DNA of 63,256 bases, filler included, from Candidatus Fermentibacterota bacterium (lineage in GTDB: Bacteria; JAFGKV01): the NCBI GenBank assembly GCA_016928395.1. It is 8 parts of 8 records of this genome, joined end to end, with 100 filler letters (N's around TTAATTAATTAA, not from the genome) between each part and the next. Parts side by side here need not be neighbours in the genome. Positions count along the whole stretch, not along the records: positions 47,888 to 58,721 come from JAFGKV010000235.1; positions 58,822 to 63,256 come from JAFGKV010000236.1; 6 more parts are not named here. The stretch is one strand, 5' to 3'. How positions within the stretch are numbered: position 1 is the first letter of the stretch; every line of letters starts with the position of its first letter. Below are positions 55,601 through 63,256 of the stretch, in pieces. The translations under genes were made by a program, and so were the position numbers. The notes under the pieces were generated by a model. It was not told where the DNA came from and did not search any database. It saw only the letters and a list, made by a program, of their open reading frames with translations.

Positions 55601-56725
55601 GACAACTACTCCGACGTGGTGGTCGGTGCCTATGGGAGCGCGAACTATACCGGGAAGGCATACCTGTACCTGGGGAGTGCGGCGGGGTTGTCGACCACTG
55701 CCTCCTGGACGGCCACGGGGGAGTCGTCCTACAGATACTTCGGCTATTCGGTGGCGAGTGCGGGGGACGTAAACGGAGACGGCTACTCCGACGTGGCAGC
55801 CGGGGCGTGGGGGAACGCGGGCAGTTACGGGAAGACGTACCTCTACCTGGGGAGCGCGGCGGGGCTATCAGCCGTGGCCTCCTGGACGAAGTCGGGGGAG
55901 GCGACCGGCAACTACTTCGGCCGTGCGGTGGCGAGTGGGGGCGACGTGAACGGAGACGGCTACTCCGACGTGGTGGTCGGAACCGACAGGCACACCAGTA
56001 ACACCGGGAAGGCGTACCTATTCTACGGCAATGACGGTGACGGTCTCCACGTGCTTCCCCGCCAGTGGAGCCCCGATCTCGTCACCCCGGTGATCCCTGC
56101 CCTGAAGACCCGATCTCCGAGCCAGGCGGGGGTGGGGCTCCTGGCAAGGACCTTCTTCGGACGAAGCGACCTCAGGGTCCAGTTCGAGGTCAAGCCTCTG
56201 GACACGCCCTTTGACGGGATGGGCCTGGTGACAACCGACTGGGCTGACGCGGGTACCACGGGGATCGCGGTGAGCGAGGTCATCGAAGGGCTGAGCGACG
56301 CTACCATGTACAGATGGCGCGCACGGGTCGGATACCGCATGAACAACGGCGCGCCGCAGCCGTACGGCCGCTGGGTGTACCAGCCGTACAACGGCGGTCT
56401 GGGCGAGGCCGACTTCCGGGCAGGGGACTACGTTCCCCCCGGCGCTCCGGCGGTGCACATCGTGCCATTGAGCCCCACCCAGTGCCGGCTGTGGTGGCAC
56501 CCGGTCTCGGGCGCCCTGTCGTACGACCTGTACCGCGGCACGTTCGCGTACTTTGTGCCGGGGGCGCCGTGGCAGACGGTGGCGGCGCCGGACACGACCT
56601 ATGACTTCACCGACGGTGTCGGCGACCCGGCCACGACGTACTATTTCCTGAGCCGCACCGTGGGCACCGCAGGAGAGTCAGACGACTCCGGCAGGGTCGG
56701 CGAGCACGAGGTTGCATTGCCCTGA
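52700..56725 (+). CDS. Secreted FG-GAP (integrin-alpha-like) repeat protein with 14 repeats and a C-terminal 'VGE' domain
   Basis: 14 x ~59-aa FG.SVA.AGDVNGDGYSDVVVGA...GKAYLYLGS repeats; N-terminal domain ending YPVLIDP. Confidence 0.92.
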   Translation: MTRYSTRVLHRIMAVVALLTGTVVTAAGGSVDEQVVDASGDRWEQRKAWAGVSLPAGGSSAEHGSDLRGPSPGAEPVCPEGIDPGWWGTVQRDVAADIAASEYHIRWNENAGAYQSPNRAQNLRFTFWGDGFAAQPLAQEEGDHSWRLALRLAAWGREDATQEFQAGGLRVDNSRAEAEGRGVTVMYRNDREGMRQDFLVRERPGGTGPLRVWVNLEIDGAVMEVEPDGRHVSFRKEVAGGARVMSYGDLKVTDAAGRVLEAAIERDGDGCAIVVDDADAVYPVLIDPLSSSPDWTASGEGTGDAFGYSVATAGDVNGDGYSDVVVGAWGVSIDVGKAYLYLGSASGLSATASWIALGQGPDNCFGRAVGTAGDVNGDGYSDVVIGADGYASNTGRAYVYLGSASGLFATASWTKSGEAASNYFGRAVATAGDVNGDGYSDVVVGAYASATGAGKAYLYLGSASGLATTASWTKSGETASNYFGYSVASAGDVNGDGFSDVVIGAHRHGNYTGKAYLYLGSASGLLATASWTASGEATLNYFGYSVATAGDVNGDGFSDVLIGAHRNTSMAGRAYLYLGSASGLEAAASWTASGEAASNFFGRSVATAGDVNGDGYSDVVIGADGNAINTGKAYVYLGSASGLSATASWIALGQGPDNCFGRAVGTAGDVNGDGYSDVVVGAWGNTSETGKAYLYLGSASGPSATDSWTALGEGTDNRFGCSVATAGDVNGDGYSDVVAGAWGYAGDMGKAYLYLGSAAGLSTTASWTATGEGANNYLGNSVASAGDVNGDGYSDVVVGAWGYLGYSGKTYLYLGSASGLSATAAWTATGEGASNHFGQSVASAGDVNGDGYSDVVVGAEGYAGRTGKAYLYLGSATGLLPAASWTATGEGANNNLGNSVASAGDVNGDGYSDVVVGAWGNAGSYGKTYLYLGSASGLSAVASWTKSGEATSNYFGYSVASAGDVDGDNYSDVVVGAYGSANYTGKAYLYLGSAAGLSTTASWTATGESSYRYFGYSVASAGDVNGDGYSDVAAGAWGNAGSYGKTYLYLGSAAGLSAVASWTKSGEATGNYFGRAVASGGDVNGDGYSDVVVGTDRHTSNTGKAYLFYGNDGDGLHVLPRQWSPDLVTPVIPALKTRSPSQAGVGLLARTFFGRSDLRVQFEVKPLDTPFDGMGLVTTDWADAGTTGIAVSEVIEGLSDATMYRWRARVGYRMNNGAPQPYGRWVYQPYNGGLGEADFRAGDYVPPGAPAVHIVPLSPTQCRLWWHPVSGALSYDLYRGTFAYFVPGAPWQTVAAPDTTYDFTDGVGDPATTYYFLSRTVGTAGESDDSGRVGEHEVALP

Positions 56726-56787
56726 ACGTGGAGTCGGCGCGTACAGGGAGGAGGAGACATTCGGGAGGCGTGGAGGACACTGAAGAA

Positions 56788-56884
56788 CCGGCTGCGACCT
56801 CCACCCGAATGCGTTCCGTCGGAAGCGGGCTTTGAACTGCCAAGGGTGTGCTGTTTGTCGCGTACTCATGCTCTCCCCTCAAGG
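56788..56884 (-). pseudogene. Truncated 5' copy (RBS + 27 codons) of the 49692-50912 gene
   Basis: 97-bp direct repeat of 50831-50927 with 7 mismatches. Confidence 0.85.
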
Positions 56885-57376
56885 CGCCTCGGCGCTACGC
56901 AACGTCGCGGAAGGTCACGCAGGCCTGACAAGGCGGTGGCCGGACGGCTTCCTCGTGAAGAAGGTGGCCTAGGGACGTAGGTAAACTGTCAAGTTGCGGG
57001 GAGCCGCAGGCACTGGTTCCGAAGTTAGCGAACGAGAATCTGCGCTGTGGATGGACACGTGCGTGCGGTTCGGGAACGTTCCTGAAATCAGGACTTTCTC
57101 TCCACTGGCAACGGGTGGGTCTTGTGCACTGCGGAGGGGTGACGCCGGCAGAACGACAGGAAGCCGGCTTGGTCGACACGCGAAGTACGCTGGTTGACAT
57201 GAGGATGGGCGAGATCGTATCCATCACGGCACCTGGGTGAGAGTCGGTCGCACTCGGCGGTATCCAAGGAAGGCCGGCCCGTGTGCCCCGTCAAGCGGAC
57301 GGGGATGGGGGCTGTCGGCCGTCAGCTCAATCCCGTGGCATCCACTTAAGGTTGGCCGCAAAGCGTAGAGGTGCAG

Positions 57377-57778
57377 CTAACTCGAAGTCTCGTTCGATTC
57401 GGTTGTTGTGTGCAGCCTTACCCATTCCGTGAAGGCAGTGCGGGATAGATCCCCTGCAGCAAGCAGGAGAATGACCTTCTCCTGCTCATCAACACCACAC
57501 TGGATCTCATAACCGTTGAGAAGGAGAAAGGTCTCCATGGCTGCGTGGCCGACCCGTTTGTTCCCGTCCACGAAGGCATGATTCATCACGAGCGAGTAGC
57601 CCAAGGCTGCGGCCTTGGCGACGAGGTCCGGATAGAGGTCTTGGCCGCCGAAGGCTGCATGTGGCTGACCGACCGCCGACTCAAGTGCACCGAGGTCGCG
57701 GATCCCAGGGGCCCCGCCGGAGGCGGCACGCAGACGCTCGTGGAGATCGAGGACTTCGGCTACAGAAAGGAAACGCAT
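57377..57778 (-). CDS. doc: Doc (death-on-curing) Fic-family toxin
   Basis: GIRDLGALESA, HAFVDGNKRVG. Confidence 0.92.
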   Translation of the reverse strand: MRFLSVAEVLDLHERLRAASGGAPGIRDLGALESAVGQPHAAFGGQDLYPDLVAKAAALGYSLVMNHAFVDGNKRVGHAAMETFLLLNGYEIQCGVDEQEKVILLLAAGDLSRTAFTEWVRLHTTTESNETSS

Positions 57779-57975
57779 CAGGCGAGCCGTGTATAGAGCT
57801 CACGGTTCTTCGCCAGAACTCGGTCAGCGGCGTGGTCGAAATCGGCATCAGGCTGCGCGATGAGATCGTCCACAGACGCCCTGAGAAGCTGTTCAGGTTC
57901 CAACCCAACGCGCTGCGCTCTCTTGCGCAAGGCCTCGGCTTTCGCATCATCCAGTTGCAGGGTTATCGTTGTCAT
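57778..57975 (-). CDS. Antitoxin partner of Doc
   Basis: 65 aa ending VLAKNRELYTRLA; TGATG overlap with doc. Confidence 0.85.
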   Translation of the reverse strand: MTTITLQLDDAKAEALRKRAQRVGLEPEQLLRASVDDLIAQPDADFDHAADRVLAKNRELYTRLA

Positions 57976-58040
57976 GTGTTGTCTCCTTGTCCTTATCAGA
58001 ATACCATCACTCTAGGGCGCGTCGTTCAATCCATTCCTAA

Positions 58041-58152
58041 GGCACACAACGGGTCCGCGGGTGAACCCTCACCCGGAGGGCCTTCGGCTCGACTCGCTGG
58101 TTCGGGCGCCGCGGGCAGCCGCAATCAACGTCGGTTCAGTCGCCTGCTGGGC
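58041..58152 (-). mobile_element. Degenerate attC-like site upstream of the phd/doc pair
   Basis: Minus strand GCCCAGC...TGAACC...GGTTCA...GTTGTGT is an imperfect RYYYAAC/GTTRRRY pair with complementary inner boxes. Confidence 0.3.
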
Positions 58153-58903
58153 AAGCACGACATGAGCAAACTGCGAGCAAGTCATACTCATCCACGATTA
58201 TGTAACTGCTCCGCAAACCCCGCCTCGAATCTCGGCTCCTCGACGGAATCTGCGCAGCCTCAGGGCAGAAGGGAGCCCTGGGACGACAATAACACGCCCA
58301 GTCCTTAGCCGAAGAGCGCTGGAATCGGGCCGTTTTCCGCATGACACGCACCCGGCCGCGCCCAGAGGCCGGCGGGGTGCGTTGTGATCCTTGGCCTTCC
58401 ATCGTTCCCAACGAAGCAATCCTTCGTCTTGTGCAGATCCGCATGATCCCACTTCTCTCAACCCCAGAACGCGTTCATCCGGGCTGCGGACGCGAGCGAG
58501 TGGTCAGCCTTCAGTTGTCGGTGATCAGTCAAGCGCAGAGGAACCGATGGTAGGGAACTGGGGAAGACCCTCCGCTCTACGACGGAGCCGGCGGTGGAAG
58601 GAGCCACAGTGTGTCGAAAAACACGCGCGAGAGATCCGATCGTATCCATCACTGCCCCTGGGTGAAGGTGACTCTTGAGTGAGGAGATAGGAGTAAGGAG
58701 TGAGGAGATGAAATAGTCAAGNNNNNNNNNNNNNNNNNNNNNNNNNNNNNNNNNNNNNNNNNNNNTTAATTAATTAANNNNNNNNNNNNNNNNNNNNNNN
58801 NNNNNNNNNNNNNNNNNNNNNGAAGGGTAATACACCAACCTCTCAGAAACTCGTTGTCCTACAACCCCTCCGAGGTTGTCCTCCTGCGTAACTAGGAAAC
58901 GGG

Positions 58904-59554
58904 GGCTATGGCTTGACACAAGCCCCGCTTGTCACGTTGAACCGGCTCGGGCGCAACAGGATCGGCACAGTGGGACAACCGCTTCCCGAGACAGAGGTCC
59001 TCATCGTGGATGGCGAGATCCTCGTTCGGGGACCACAGGTGGCCCGCAGCCTACTCGATGCTTCAGGCGATACCGGAAGATGGCTCTTTACCGGTGATCT
59101 TGGCCACCGCACGGAAGACGGCTACCTCGTGATCGATGGCCGCCGCAAGGAGATCATAGCGACCTCGTATGGGAAGAAGGTGCCCATAGGCCCTATCGAG
59201 GCTGCGCTCCGTGGCGTACCGGGCGTGGCGGACGCCATGCTGGTCGGCGAAGGCCGGCCGTACTGCGTCGCCTTGCTCTGGGTGGCTGGGGCGTGGACAA
59301 CGGAGCTGCGGGCCGCCATTGATCGCGGGATGAACGAGGTCAATCGGCAGCTGGCCAGGCCGGAGCAAGTCCGCCGCTGGGCAGTTGTGTCCGGATGCCT
59401 CTCCATCCAGCGCGGCGAACTCACCGCCAATCTGAAGGTGCGGAGGCAGGCTGTGGCAGCGGCCCATGAGGCGATCATCGAAGGGCTGTACCAAGGTAGC
59501 CCGCTGCCCGGGGTCCATCACGTGGGAACTCTCTTCTCCGAAGCGGGATCATGA
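58904..59554 (+). pseudogene. C-terminal fragment of a long-chain acyl-CoA ligase (AMP-binding enzyme)
   Basis: GYGLTQ, GTVGQP, GEILVRGPQV, TGDLG, IDGRRKEII, GELTANLKVRR. Upstream sequence is unrelated and has an in-frame TAA at 58889. Confidence 0.75.
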
Positions 59555-60084
59555 ACGTCGGGATTCACGTCTTGAACTGGATTCCACCACCACTTCTTCG
59601 GCGGTGGGCCGTTCTGGAGCTGAGCAGGGTTGTGGCCAGGGCGTCGGGGGAATCTCCTCCCTCGTTCTCGGCGCCGGATGGGCCGTGCGCGCAATTCGCC
59701 CTGTTCAGCCGCGACCTTGCGGCACGGGCAATCGCTTCGGGAGCTACCCATGACTTCGCTTCCTGTCTGCGGCAGGGAGCACGGGACCTGGGGATGCGGT
59801 GGAGGGGAAGGCTCAACATCCACGACGTGTCCGACGGCATGGCCGCGGCCCAAGCCCTCTATCGGCTCATCGGCATCGATTTCCGGGCGGATTCTCAGGG
59901 GAGGATCGAGATAGTGCGGTGCGCGTTGAGCGCGGTCTATTCACCAGAGATTTGCGCCGTCATGTCGGCCATGGATGAGGGAATCCTGGCGGGGCTGGCC
60001 GGGGAGGGATCGCTGTCCTTTGCCTGCAGGATCACGGAAGGGCACCCTGCCTGTATGGCTCGATTTGTCAGGCGAACGGCATGA
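59551..60084 (+). CDS. Hypothetical protein (V4R/ATC-hydrolase-like Cys pattern)
   Basis: ATGA overlaps at both ends; RC...IC...MDEG...ITEGHPAC. Confidence 0.7.
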   Translation: MNVGIHVLNWIPPPLLRRWAVLELSRVVARASGESPPSFSAPDGPCAQFALFSRDLAARAIASGATHDFASCLRQGARDLGMRWRGRLNIHDVSDGMAAAQALYRLIGIDFRADSQGRIEIVRCALSAVYSPEICAVMSAMDEGILAGLAGEGSLSFACRITEGHPACMARFVRRTA

Positions 60085-61454
60085 AGACCGCGGTGGTCGT
60101 AGGCAGCGGCGCCGGGGGCGCGACCGTGGCCAGGGAGCTGCAGGGAGCGTTTCAAGTGACCGTCTTGGAAGCCGGAGGGCGGTTCGAGCCCTACGGCATG
60201 TCGTTGGGCACCATGCAGCGGTTGAAGCGAGCCCGCCTGCTGGTTTCTCCGCGGCTCATACGCGTGTTCTTCCCGCCTATGAGGGTGGCCGCGACTGGGG
60301 ATATGCTCGTTGTCTCGGGCCGAGCAGTCGGAGGCACCACCACCCTGAGCACGGGTAACGCCGTCCGTGCTGACAGTGCACTTCGGGCCATGGGCATCAA
60401 TCTTGACGATGAGTTCCGGCGTCTCTATGGCGAGCTCCCCATCGGCACGGGGCACCAGGCCAGATGGCGTCCGATCACTCGACGCCTTTGGAGTGCTTTC
60501 AAAGGGGCAGGGCTCTCTCCACAACCCATGCCCAAGGTCGGCGAGTATCACGAATGCGTGCAATGTGGCCGGTGCGTGCTGGGGTGCCCCCGGGGCGTGA
60601 AGTGGGACAGCAGGCGGCTCATCGCTCAGGCCCAAACCGCCGGCGCAGAGCTTCACACGGGATGGTTTGTCACCCGGGTCCAAAGGCACGGAGGTGAGGT
60701 TTCGGGCGTGTGGGCACGCCGGGGGCCGCTTTGGCGTTTCTTCCCTGCCGACGTCGTGGTCTTGGCCGCCGGCGGGTTGGGCACGCCCGCCATACTGCAG
60801 CGATCGGGCCTACCTTTCGAGAAGCGGCTCTTCGTGGATCCCGTGCTCTGCGTGGCGGGCCTCCAGGAGGGTGTCGCCCAGTGTGAAGAGCTGCCCATGC
60901 CCTTCTACACGTCCCACGATGGCTTCATGCTGTCGCCGTACTTCGATTTCGTGAGTTTTCTGTTTGACCCATCGTGGCCTTCTGGAGCCAGGGGTATTGT
61001 GGGTGTCATGATCAAGCTGGCAGACACGCCCACCGGATCAATCGACGGGACGCGGATTGACAAGAGGCTGAGTTCACGTGACATGGGTCGTCTCGATGAG
61101 GCGGGCGATATCTGCTCTGAGGTTCTGGAGCGCATCGGTGTCGCTCCCGGGCATCAGTTTCGCGGCCTGCTCAACGCCGGGCATCCTGGAGGAATGGTGC
61201 GGCTCACCGGGGGTGACACGGCGACCTTGCACCCAGCCGGGCTACCCCCCAACCTGTTCGTGGCCGATGCATCGCTGTTTCCCACATCTCTGGGAGCGCC
61301 GCCTATCATGACCATCATGGCATTGTCGTTGCGGATCTCTGGGCGGATCTCCGCGCAACACTCGCCCACGGCCAAAGGCCGGCGAGCCGCTTCTGAGGCG
61401 CGGGAGAACGGCCTCGCATCCGGCCACGAACCCCGCTCCTCGATCTCTCAGTGA
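60081..61454 (+). CDS. GMC-family FAD oxidoreductase with a ferredoxin-like Cys motif
   Basis: VVGSGAGG, GRAVGGTT, CVQCGRCVLGCP, LAAGGLGTP, HPGG, VADASLFP. Confidence 0.85.
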   Translation: MKTAVVVGSGAGGATVARELQGAFQVTVLEAGGRFEPYGMSLGTMQRLKRARLLVSPRLIRVFFPPMRVAATGDMLVVSGRAVGGTTTLSTGNAVRADSALRAMGINLDDEFRRLYGELPIGTGHQARWRPITRRLWSAFKGAGLSPQPMPKVGEYHECVQCGRCVLGCPRGVKWDSRRLIAQAQTAGAELHTGWFVTRVQRHGGEVSGVWARRGPLWRFFPADVVVLAAGGLGTPAILQRSGLPFEKRLFVDPVLCVAGLQEGVAQCEELPMPFYTSHDGFMLSPYFDFVSFLFDPSWPSGARGIVGVMIKLADTPTGSIDGTRIDKRLSSRDMGRLDEAGDICSEVLERIGVAPGHQFRGLLNAGHPGGMVRLTGGDTATLHPAGLPPNLFVADASLFPTSLGAPPIMTIMALSLRISGRISAQHSPTAKGRRAASEARENGLASGHEPRSSISQ

Positions 61455-61461
61455 GGACCAC

Positions 61462-63222
61462 ATGAGGAATGAGCTTCGAAACGAGGTGATGCGGTCGGAT
61501 TCCGCCGATCTGGGCCGCCTGGTGGCGGCAGCGCGGGGGGAGACGGTTGTTGACCTGCTTTTGGCCAATGCCCGGGTGGTGAATGTGTTAGCCGGGGAGA
61601 TCCATGAGACCCATGTGGCAGTGCATGACGGGCGGGTTGTGGGCTTTGGCGACTATGATGCCCGCAAGGTGGAGGACCTGGGCGGGGCATACCTTTGCCC
61701 CGGTCTCATCGATGCCCATGTGCATCTGGAATCCAGCATGGTCACCGTGCCGGAGTTCGCCCGGGCGGTTGTTCCCCACGGTACTACCGCCATTTTTGCC
61801 GATCCCCATGAGATCGCCAATGTTCTTGGGCTTGACGGCGTACGATTCATCCTGGACTCCAGTGAAGCCGTGCCCTTATCGGTCTTTGTCATGCTGCCCT
61901 CCTGCGTGCCCGCCACCCACATGGAAACCGCGGGCGCCCGGCTCAATGCCGGGGACCTGCGCATGATCCTCGGGCATCCGCGGGTCATCGGGCTGGCGGA
62001 GATGATGAACTTCCCGGGAGTGATCAATCACACGCCCGAAGTGATGGCCAAGCTTGCCGTTGCGGGCGATCGCCCCATCGATGGCCACTCGCCGGGTTTG
62101 TCAGGGCGACCCCTGGCGGCCTATGCGGCGGCGGGAATCGGCTCCGACCATGAGAGCACAACCCTGGAGGAGGGCAGGGAGAAGCTGAGAATTGGGCTTC
62201 ATCTCATGATACGGGAGGGATCGACCGCCCGAAATCTCGATGCCCTGGTACCTGTGGTTACCCCGCTGAACGCCGCGAGGTGCAGCCTGTGCACCGATGA
62301 CACCCATCCCGGCGATCTCTTGGCCCGCGGGCACATCGACCACCTCGTGCGCCGGGCCATCCAAAGCGGCATGGATCCCATATCCGCGGTGCAGATGGCC
62401 ACGATCAACACGGCCCGGTACTTCGGTCTCCGCCGGCTGGGTGCGGTCGCCCCTGGCTATTGGGCCGATGTGGTGGTAGTGGATGATATGAGTCGCTTCT
62501 CAGCGCGGCAGGTGTATCGTCGCGGGGTCAAGGTTGCACACGACGGCGTATACCTCGCTGAGACCGCTGGTTTCGCATCGAACAGCTTGCGCAGCACGAT
62601 GAACGTTGACTGGTCTGCCACCGACTTCATGATCCCGGCGCCCGACGGCGCCGGAGACGGGGCCATGGCCCGGATCATCGAGCTTGTTCCGGAACAGATC
62701 GTCACCCGGGCGGCTGTCGACCGGGTACCGGTGCATGCGGGCATGGCCTGGGCAGATCCATCCCGTGATCTGCTGAAGATTGCGGTGGTTGAGCGGCACT
62801 TGGCCTCGGGCAATGTGGGCCGGGGCTTTGTGCGCGGGTTCGGCCTCACCAGTGGGGCCTTGGCGTCCAGCGTTGCCCACGACTCCCATAACATCGTAGT
62901 GGTCGGCGTTGATGACGCTGACATGCTCGCCGCCGCGACCCACGTGGCTCGGATGAGGGGCGGGCAGGTGGTAGTGAATCGTGGGGAAGTACTGGCGTCG
63001 GTGCCACTGCCTATTGCGGGCCTGATGGCCCAGCTTCCCTTGGAGGAGGTAGGCGACAGAGTAACGGCCATGACTGCCGCGGCTCATGAATTGGGATGCC
63101 GGCTGCCTGATCCGCTCATGACCATGTCGTTTCTGGCCTTACCGGTGATTCCCGAGCTGAAACTCACCGACAAGGGCTTGGTGGATGTCGGTCGTTTCGA
63201 GATCGTGCCGCTCTTCGTGTAG
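61462..63222 (+). CDS. ade: Adenine deaminase
   Basis: IDAHVHLESSM, DPHEIANV, LAEMMNFPG, DGHSPG, SDHE, IREGS, CTDD, SSVAHDSHN, ALPVIPELK. Confidence 0.96.
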   Translation: MRNELRNEVMRSDSADLGRLVAAARGETVVDLLLANARVVNVLAGEIHETHVAVHDGRVVGFGDYDARKVEDLGGAYLCPGLIDAHVHLESSMVTVPEFARAVVPHGTTAIFADPHEIANVLGLDGVRFILDSSEAVPLSVFVMLPSCVPATHMETAGARLNAGDLRMILGHPRVIGLAEMMNFPGVINHTPEVMAKLAVAGDRPIDGHSPGLSGRPLAAYAAAGIGSDHESTTLEEGREKLRIGLHLMIREGSTARNLDALVPVVTPLNAARCSLCTDDTHPGDLLARGHIDHLVRRAIQSGMDPISAVQMATINTARYFGLRRLGAVAPGYWADVVVVDDMSRFSARQVYRRGVKVAHDGVYLAETAGFASNSLRSTMNVDWSATDFMIPAPDGAGDGAMARIIELVPEQIVTRAAVDRVPVHAGMAWADPSRDLLKIAVVERHLASGNVGRGFVRGFGLTSGALASSVAHDSHNIVVVGVDDADMLAAATHVARMRGGQVVVNRGEVLASVPLPIAGLMAQLPLEEVGDRVTAMTAAAHELGCRLPDPLMTMSFLALPVIPELKLTDKGLVDVGRFEIVPLFV

Positions 63223-63256
63223 CATGGGGGAATCAGTGCACGAGTACGAGTCTTCC

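Overview
The window is not one locus. It is eight short contigs of a GC-rich bacterial draft or metagenome-assembled genome, joined by seven artificial 100-bp spacers (N44-TTAATTAATTAA-N44). The gene content suggests an anaerobic FCB-superphylum-like lineage (inference). Contig 1 (1-24361): large secreted proteins (CBM9/DUF5916 protein, gingipain-like C25 peptidase, beta-propeller protein, multidomain GH13 amylase, Gly-rich repeat protein), a MATE pump, mazE with a dead mazF, vapBC and mobile-element debris. Contig 2: minor type IV pilin genes, an RfaH/NusG paralogue and a UDP-glucuronate epimerase. Contig 3: tRNA-Gly(CCC), a STAS protein, a glycoside hydrolase with a Verrucomicrobia-type tail and an RRM protein. 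Contig 4: a Cys-rich PAS sigma54 activator, a sigma54 promoter, nifU-nifS and rubredoxin. Contig 5: a VWA-TM-FHA protein, an MNT/hicBA island and a membrane Ser/Thr kinase with an FGE/CLec ectodomain. Contig 6: a REP (BIME) array, a perfect 42-bp palindrome and an MmeI-like restriction-modification gene. Contig 7: two coupled helical hypothetical proteins, a methyltransferase, a 14-repeat FG-GAP protein and phd/doc. Contig 8: a disrupted acyl-CoA ligase, a hypothetical protein, a GMC oxidoreductase and adenine deaminase. Best leads: (1) a receptor-type kinase whose last ~130 bp look like a diversity-generating retroelement (DGR) variable region, next to an FHA membrane partner; no reverse transcriptase or template repeat is visible here. 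(2) A shared C-terminal 'VGE' domain on three unrelated secreted proteins, a candidate sorting or anchoring signal. (3) Nested ~30-bp palindromic micro-elements inserted without target duplication in a group II intron remnant. (4) A probable Fe-S-sensing sigma54 circuit controlling nifUS. All family assignments come from motif recognition by eye; no database searches were run.
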